DNA of 64,000 nucleotides from positions 23,129-87,128 of the IMG/VR virus record IMGVR_UViG_3300028844_002785, one strand, 5' to 3'. The notes under the pieces were generated by a model that was not told where the DNA came from, searched no databases, and saw only the letters and a list, made by a program, of their open reading frames with translations. This document shows, piece by piece, positions 59,234-64,000 of the stretch. Source of the stretch: a virus. Numbering within the stretch: position 1 is the first letter of the stretch; each line of letters begins with the position of its first letter. Position numbers and translations under genes: made by a program.

Positions 59234-59397
59234 TAAAAAAATCTTTGCCTGGTTGGAAGGTGAGAGCTCTAGCAGATGTTCACCTTCCAGACAAACACTG
59301 GACAATTCTGCAACTGGGTCCAACCAGTCTGTCAGAAGCTTTTATTCTCCAGGCAATAAAATGGAAATACCAGACCCGTGGGATTAGGGAGTCGTAA
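59230..59397 (+). CDS. Small hypothetical protein (55 aa, GTG start; not in the ORF track)
   Basis: MIKKSLPGWKVRALADVHLPDKHWTILQLGPTSLSEAFILQAIKWKYQTRGIRES; GTGA coupling to the nrdB stop; overlaps ORF 59178-59387 in another frame. Confidence 0.5.
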   Translation: MIKKSLPGWKVRALADVHLPDKHWTILQLGPTSLSEAFILQAIKWKYQTRGIRES

Positions 59398-59411
59398 GAC
59401 TCCCTTTTTTT
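59386..59411 (+). terminator. Rho-independent terminator
   Basis: agggagtc-gtaa-gactccct followed by a T-run. Confidence 0.9.
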
Positions 59412-59441
59412 ATCTAAATACAAGTGATACTGGATTTTTGT

Positions 59442-59759
59442 ATGCTATCTACACAATATCGTTTACGGATGGAGTATATCTGTAAACGTATATCACAAAA
59501 TTATGAAGTTCAGATTAGTGATATGATTTGGGCTCAGAAACTAGCTAAATCAAACAAATCTGCTGAAGCCATGTTAAGGATGGCACGTCGTAAATCATCC
59601 AACCCAGACGCGCCTGAAGGTGGCTTAGACGATTTTATGAACAGGATGGACTTGGGGGATCCTGATCCATCCAATCACAAAACAGGATTCCAAAATGTTG
59701 ATGAAATAGTTGATTGGTTTCATCAAGAAAAATCTGATGATTGGAGGCAACGTGACTAA
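59442..59759 (+). CDS. Conserved cyanophage hypothetical protein
   Basis: MLSTQYRLRME.IC...DMIWAQKLAK...LGDPDPSNH...DDWRQRD. Confidence 0.75.
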   Translation: MLSTQYRLRMEYICKRISQNYEVQISDMIWAQKLAKSNKSAEAMLRMARRKSSNPDAPEGGLDDFMNRMDLGDPDPSNHKTGFQNVDEIVDWFHQEKSDDWRQRD

Positions 59760-59856
59760 GAAACAATACAAACAACTGCTACTGGATCACTTCACAGAGC
59801 GATTGAATAAACTCACAGCTAAAGAACTGAAGGAACTTGCTGCGAAACATACATGA
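59752..59856 (+). CDS. Small hypothetical protein (34 aa; not in the ORF track)
   Basis: GGAGG RBS, GTG start, MTKKQYKQLLLDHFTERLNKLTAKELKELAAKHT; coupled to the next ORF. Confidence 0.55.
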   Translation: MTKKQYKQLLLDHFTERLNKLTAKELKELAAKHT

Positions 59857-59984
59857 AAGATTATGTCTGTGTCACCACATGGGATCCCATCTTTGAATGT
59901 ATACGATATCATTGGGTTCACAAGTCCGAAAAAAATCCCATGCAATTTGTCAAAAATCTCAACCCAGAGCAGAAAGTGTTATGA
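59853..59984 (+). CDS. Small hypothetical protein (43 aa; not in the ORF track)
   Basis: MKDYVCVTTWDPIFECIRYHWVHKSEKNPMQFVKNLNPEQKVL; ATGA coupling at both ends. Confidence 0.6.
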   Translation: MKDYVCVTTWDPIFECIRYHWVHKSEKNPMQFVKNLNPEQKVL

Positions 59985-60280
59985 GCAGTAAAATGATGTT
60001 CCTGGTCGCTAATGGCGACAATAAATGCATCAGTCATGACGGGTATATTCAATTAGGTAGTTTCTCTCATAGTGTAGAGAAGCATCTAGAGTTGAATCCT
60101 GAACAAGAATGGCAGGTGACCTATTGGATGCCTGATCCATTTAGTATCAGATACCCAAGACCTAACTATCAGCATACTATGAAGGCGAATGAAGGATCCC
60201 CCAAGACTGATAATGCGTTAGATAGTCGTCCTAGGGACTTTCCAGATCAAGCAACCAATCGTTTAGAGAGAACATTATAA
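59981..60280 (+). CDS. Conserved cyanophage hypothetical protein
   Basis: Start moved to the coupled ATG 59981 (MSSKMMFLV); WQVTYWMPDPF..RYPR. Confidence 0.7.
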   Translation: MSSKMMFLVANGDNKCISHDGYIQLGSFSHSVEKHLELNPEQEWQVTYWMPDPFSIRYPRPNYQHTMKANEGSPKTDNALDSRPRDFPDQATNRLERTL

Positions 60281-60283
60281 CTA

Positions 60284-60329
60284 TTGACAAACAAGTCAAT
60301 CTTCAGTAAAATAACTCTGCTAAGGTTCA
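60284..60329 (+). promoter_or_regulatory. sigma70 promoter followed by a 20-bp element also found at 26562-26581 (minus strand)
   Basis: TTGACA-17nt-TAAAAT, overlapping aataactctgctaaggttca. Confidence 0.7.
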
Positions 60330-60364
60330 AAGGGAAATATATAGCTTACAGTTAAAATTATAAT

Positions 60365-60697
60365 ATGAAACCTCAGAGTGCGAAAGCTAAAGGTAGAAAC
60401 TTACAGAAATGGGTTAGAGAAAGATTAATTGAATCATTAGATATACATCCAGAAGATATTGAATCTAGATCTATGGGTGCTGGTGGAGAAGATCTTATTA
60501 TGGCTAGAGCTGCTAGACAGAAATTTCCACATAGTATTGAATGTAAGAATGTAGAAAAATTAAATGTATGGGAAGCTTATGATCAAGCTAAAGCTAATGG
60601 TGGTAAGTATGAACCAATTGTAGTCATGAAGAAAAACCACAAGAAACCATTAGTGGTAGTTGATGCAGATTATTTTATAAGTCTTTTTAATAAATAA
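60365..60697 (+). CDS. Small PD-(D/E)XK nuclease-like protein (Holliday-junction-resolvase-like)
   Basis: SAKAKGRNLQ...GEDL...SIECKN. Confidence 0.65.
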   Translation: MKPQSAKAKGRNLQKWVRERLIESLDIHPEDIESRSMGAGGEDLIMARAARQKFPHSIECKNVEKLNVWEAYDQAKANGGKYEPIVVMKKNHKKPLVVVDADYFISLFNK

Positions 60698-60717
60698 TAA
60701 GGCCTTGTTTTTCATCA

Positions 60718-61134
60718 ATGTCAGAAGAAGTTAAAAAAGAAGAACCTAAGAAGAAAGGTATCTTAGGTAAAATTAAAGAGGCGGCAGATGACAAAGAAGA
60801 ACAACTTGCTATTCTGTCTACTTTTGTTAGGCTTGGTATCCTTGTTTGGAGCGGCGGAATACTCACGCTGGCATACATCAAGTTACCTCCAGCCCTTGGT
60901 ATTCCTGAACAAAAACTAGATCCAACTTTTATCGCAAGTGTCTTTACGGGGGTGCTTGCGACTTTTGGTGTTCAAGCAGCAAAGAAAGCAGGAGAAGGTG
61001 GTAATGGTGGTGGAATTACCAAAGAACAGATGGAAAGATTGATTGAAAATGCAGCACAAACTGCACCTTCACAGACTATTCGTCTTGAGCAGGGACCAAT
61101 TAAAATTTCTACAGACGATTCATACAAAATGTAA
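60718..61134 (+). CDS. Two-TM membrane protein
   Basis: VRLGILVWSGGILTLAY and DPTFIASVFTGVLATFGV. Confidence 0.75.
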   Translation: MSEEVKKEEPKKKGILGKIKEAADDKEEQLAILSTFVRLGILVWSGGILTLAYIKLPPALGIPEQKLDPTFIASVFTGVLATFGVQAAKKAGEGGNGGGITKEQMERLIENAAQTAPSQTIRLEQGPIKISTDDSYKM

Positions 61135-61145
61135 CGGAGAATAAA

Positions 61146-61406
61146 ATGCAAAAAGTAATTAATGTTTTAGCACTATTATCATTTGCAGGAACTGCTGGTA
61201 TTGTCGGAGGCGGTACTGCAGTATATCTCAATAAAGATTCTATTATTGAGAACGTAAAAGGACAAGTCGCTGCTGCAGCAGCAAAGGCAATTACTGGTGC
61301 TCTTCCTGGAATGATGGATTCTGCGATGCCAGAACTTCCTAGTACTACTGGAGGTGCTATTCCTTCATTACCATCTACAACTGGTCCTGCACTTAAATTC
61401 CCATGA
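61146..61406 (+). CDS. Membrane-anchored small protein
   Basis: MQKVINVLALLSF N-terminal hydrophobic helix; Pro-rich tail. Confidence 0.75.
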   Translation: MQKVINVLALLSFAGTAGIVGGGTAVYLNKDSIIENVKGQVAAAAAKAITGALPGMMDSAMPELPSTTGGAIPSLPSTTGPALKFP

Positions 61407-62008
61407 CAAATTCAAATGCACCAAACAAGTTTCCTGTCAAAGGTATTGCTTTAACATTAGGTGGACTATTTGCATTTGCTCATATAGGTCTTCTAGGGTA
61501 TGTTATCTATAGACCAGAAGAACCAGAACTTCCTAATGTACCTACAATCAATATCCCTCGTGGAGATTATTCATCTTATACTATCAAAGCAGGTAAGGAT
61601 GGATATGAAATTGAGTATCGTGCAAACGATCCTAAAGTTCTAGAGTCTAATAAATCATTAGAGCTTCAACAAAGTCAAAGTGGTTTCTTTGGTGGTAAGA
61701 AATATGAGAACCGTCGTGAATTTCGTAGCGATCAGTTCACTATGGAAGGTACTAGAAATATGGGAGGAGGTGCAACAGATGAAGAGGGAAAGTTAACTGC
61801 GAAAAACGTAGAGTGTATCGTGGCGGACGCTGGAGCACGGAGTCAAGGTGCGATGGCCGGTAGTGCTATTGCTGCTGGAGTTGCTGTTCCTGCCCTTGCT
61901 AGTATTCCTTATGTGGGTTGGTTAGCAGGTGGATGGGCACTTCTACTAGGACAGAAAGCAGGATCATCACTAGGTTCTACAGTTGGATCAGTGTTTAATG
62001 ACTGCTAA
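61403..62008 (+). CDS. Membrane protein with glycine-zipper-like C-terminus
   Basis: N-terminal TM segment; GAMAGSAIAAG...IPYVGWLAGGW...G...G...G. Confidence 0.75.
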   Translation: MTNSNAPNKFPVKGIALTLGGLFAFAHIGLLGYVIYRPEEPELPNVPTINIPRGDYSSYTIKAGKDGYEIEYRANDPKVLESNKSLELQQSQSGFFGGKKYENRREFRSDQFTMEGTRNMGGGATDEEGKLTAKNVECIVADAGARSQGAMAGSAIAAGVAVPALASIPYVGWLAGGWALLLGQKAGSSLGSTVGSVFNDC

Positions 62009-62058
62009 TCTGAGAATTTGGTGAAACTTGTTAAATAAGTATAGTTATTATACACATT

Positions 62059-62172
62059 ATGGCTACATCACCTTATAAGAAGCAACAAAAGAAGGAAGCA
62101 ACTGAAACATTTTTCCTGTATGTATTCTTTCATTCGATTTGGACAGGAATTTTTAAATTATTTGAAGACTAA
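62059..62172 (+). CDS. Small hydrophobic protein (37 aa; not in the ORF track)
   Basis: MATSPYKKQQKKEATETFFLYVFFHSIWTGIFKLFED; TAATG coupling to the next gene. Confidence 0.55.
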   Translation: MATSPYKKQQKKEATETFFLYVFFHSIWTGIFKLFED

Positions 62173-62984
62173 TGCCCGAGATACCCATCATTACAGGTGG
62201 TGATATTAGTATTAATGATATTCAAATCAATACTATACCCACCTATGACTTTAATAACACTTCAACCTCCTTACCATTAGCAGCTCCAGTAGTTGTAAAC
62301 ATTGGTGTGCCTGTGGTTAATATACCAGGATGTGTTGAGGCAACTGAAACTAATACTGCTAAAAATAATCAATTAAGAGAGGACGATCCTAATGGTGTGG
62401 TTACGTTTTGTGATTCTGGTGTTCCCAATTTTAATCCTCTTTCTTTTGAACCAAACCAGATGATTATGACTGGTCCACCAAAAGTGGATACTAGATCACC
62501 AGATACACCAACACCACCTGAAGTTAAACCACCACAAACAAAACAACCTGTTGTTAGTGCTGTCGTAGAATGTCCTACACCAGTACAAGAAGCACAAGAA
62601 CCTGTAGGAACATTAGTAGAAGGTTTTAGAAAGAGAGTTATTGATTATGAACTCATCGATAATACATGTGTTCAGATAACAGAACCAGTTTCTCTACCTA
62701 CACAAATACTTGCTGGTCTACCTAGTGGTGGACAGGTAATGCAGGTGGGTGGTATTGCTGTCATCGCTACATCATCAGCACTACTAGCAAAACCGCTGGC
62801 AGATCTACTATTGAAAGCAGTCAAACCAGCGGTTAAGAAAGTTATGAAAAAGATTGCTACCTTACGTGGTAAGAAACCTCCTATCTTGTCTGTAGGGGAG
62901 CGCCTAGCAGAGCAGCGTCAGATGAACCACGCTGTGAAGGAGCTTCGTTCTGTCTTCCCGAGGAGGAAGAAGAAGAAACGCTAG
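62172..62984 (+). CDS. Conserved cyanophage Pro-rich membrane-associated protein
   Basis: IGVPVVNIPGCVEA...IAVIATSSALLAKPLADLLLK; basic C-terminus. Confidence 0.75.
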   Translation: MPEIPIITGGDISINDIQINTIPTYDFNNTSTSLPLAAPVVVNIGVPVVNIPGCVEATETNTAKNNQLREDDPNGVVTFCDSGVPNFNPLSFEPNQMIMTGPPKVDTRSPDTPTPPEVKPPQTKQPVVSAVVECPTPVQEAQEPVGTLVEGFRKRVIDYELIDNTCVQITEPVSLPTQILAGLPSGGQVMQVGGIAVIATSSALLAKPLADLLLKAVKPAVKKVMKKIATLRGKKPPILSVGERLAEQRQMNHAVKELRSVFPRRKKKKR

Positions 62985-63795
62985 GAATCTCATGGTAGTG
63001 TGGATGCTTATGTCCTGGTGGATTGTTTACCACAACATCAGCACACACTTTATAGTAAGGACTCTTGGGGTGGAATTGAATTCCTTTTAATTTTAACTCA
63101 CCACAATTTTTAAGACGAGCTATCTCAAAGTCTAATCTTTTATTGGCAACAATTTGACTAGTCAATTCAATCTGTGTTGTTGCTGCTCTCTTACAAAGAT
63201 CTTGTAATTTCTTATCTGTAGGTGTGCTCCAGGTCATAGAGAAACCTACACCTAGACTATAGTTATCTTTCTGTCCAGTCCTGGTTCGTTTAAAGAAACT
63301 TATATCACCAGGATTATCTAAGATACCATCTCCAGTTGGATTCCCATCACCATCAAAGGCACCAAAGTTATCGGTGACATCATATACTGGGTCATCATAG
63401 TAAGGTTCATATGGTTTAGAAGCAGAGACACTACCTGTTACATAGGGTGTGAAATTGCGAGTGGGACCTTGACATTGTATACCTCCACCGTATGTGTTTG
63501 TAATGTAAGGTCCCTGAAGGACCTGAATAGCTTGGTTTGTAACACTACCTGAGGAATTAGCAACAGGATTAGCAGTAGCAGACACACCACCAACGGTTTC
63601 AGCATAAGAAGGATTGGCAAATAATAATGTTATTGAGAGAAGATACTTGTGGTATCGGTGAAACTTTCGACCTCGGTTACTCTTTGGATAATCGTTTGAT
63701 TGCTTAAACCAGGGCCTCGATAAGTTTCTGTGAACTGAAACGCTGCTCCTGGTATTGTTTGTGTGAACTGTGGTTTGTTTGTTGCTCCAGTCCAT
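62881..63795 (-). CDS. Conserved cyanophage secreted/outer-membrane-like protein (start uncertain)
   Basis: Signal-peptide-like KYLLSITLLFANPSYA, ANPVANSSGSVTNQAIQVLQGP, RLDFEIARLKNCGEL. Confidence 0.7.
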   Translation of the reverse strand: MDWSNKQTTVHTNNTRSSVSVHRNLSRPWFKQSNDYPKSNRGRKFHRYHKYLLSITLLFANPSYAETVGGVSATANPVANSSGSVTNQAIQVLQGPYITNTYGGGIQCQGPTRNFTPYVTGSVSASKPYEPYYDDPVYDVTDNFGAFDGDGNPTGDGILDNPGDISFFKRTRTGQKDNYSLGVGFSMTWSTPTDKKLQDLCKRAATTQIELTSQIVANKRLDFEIARLKNCGELKLKGIQFHPKSPYYKVCADVVVNNPPGHKHPHYHEIPSVSSSSSSGRQNEAPSQRGSSDAALLGAPLQTR

Positions 63796-64000
63796 GATGA
63801 AGTCACTCCATTTATAGTTACATTAGTAGCACCTGTTCCTGGTGAAAGGTTTCCAGATGCTGTTACACCAGAACCAGTAGCAGAATACTGATATCCAGTG
63901 TTATAATCCATCGAGTTGATGGTCTCAGTTATCTTTTGTGTGGTCTCTGTTCGGCTTGTCATTGAGCCTTGGGTGAAGTTTGGGACCACAGGGACCGCCA
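63630..64000 (-). CDS. Conserved cyanophage secreted protein (5' end beyond the window)
   Basis: AVPVVPNFTQGSMTSRTETT...TDTTSIFSQ; frame open to the window edge. Confidence 0.7.
   Translation of the reverse strand, partial: AVPVVPNFTQGSMTSRTETTQKITETINSMDYNTGYQYSATGSGVTASGNLSPGTGATNVTINGVTSSWTGATNKPQFTQTIPGAAFQFTETYRGPGLSNQTIIQRVTEVESFTDTTSIFSQ

Overview
A 64-kb segment of a lytic T4-like marine cyanophage (cyanomyovirus; AT-rich, almost all genes on the + strand). It begins inside a giant DUF4815-type virion protein and runs through neck, tail and head genes (gp13-gp23, gp3), then recombination and late-transcription genes (uvsY, uvsW, gp55, gp47, gp46). Next come cpeT, a VWA/zincin + CobS-like AAA pair, the replisome (gp45, gp44, gp62, regA, gp43, uvsX, gp41, gp61), hsp20, mazG and nrdAB, and it ends in a cluster of membrane/secreted proteins. 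I saw no tRNAs, CRISPR arrays, introns or inteins. The most unusual items are: (1) an interlocked tandem glutamine-riboswitch-like RNA upstream of a DUF4278-like gene, whose second aptamer carries a whole 55-codon ORF inside its P2 loop, within an ncRNA-dense island (39.5-41.2 kb); (2) a KxDG ligase-fold protein next to a HIGH-motif nucleotidyltransferase with a capsid-targeting-like N-terminus, followed by a putative gp21-cleaved polyprotein; (3) a DUF4338/DruA-like gene plus a GT-B glycosyltransferase with a winged-helix-like tail between the clamp-loader genes; (4) an identical 20-bp promoter-proximal sequence present twice, 34 kb apart; (5) dual-coding segments. All family assignments come from motif recognition and synteny; no database searches were run.
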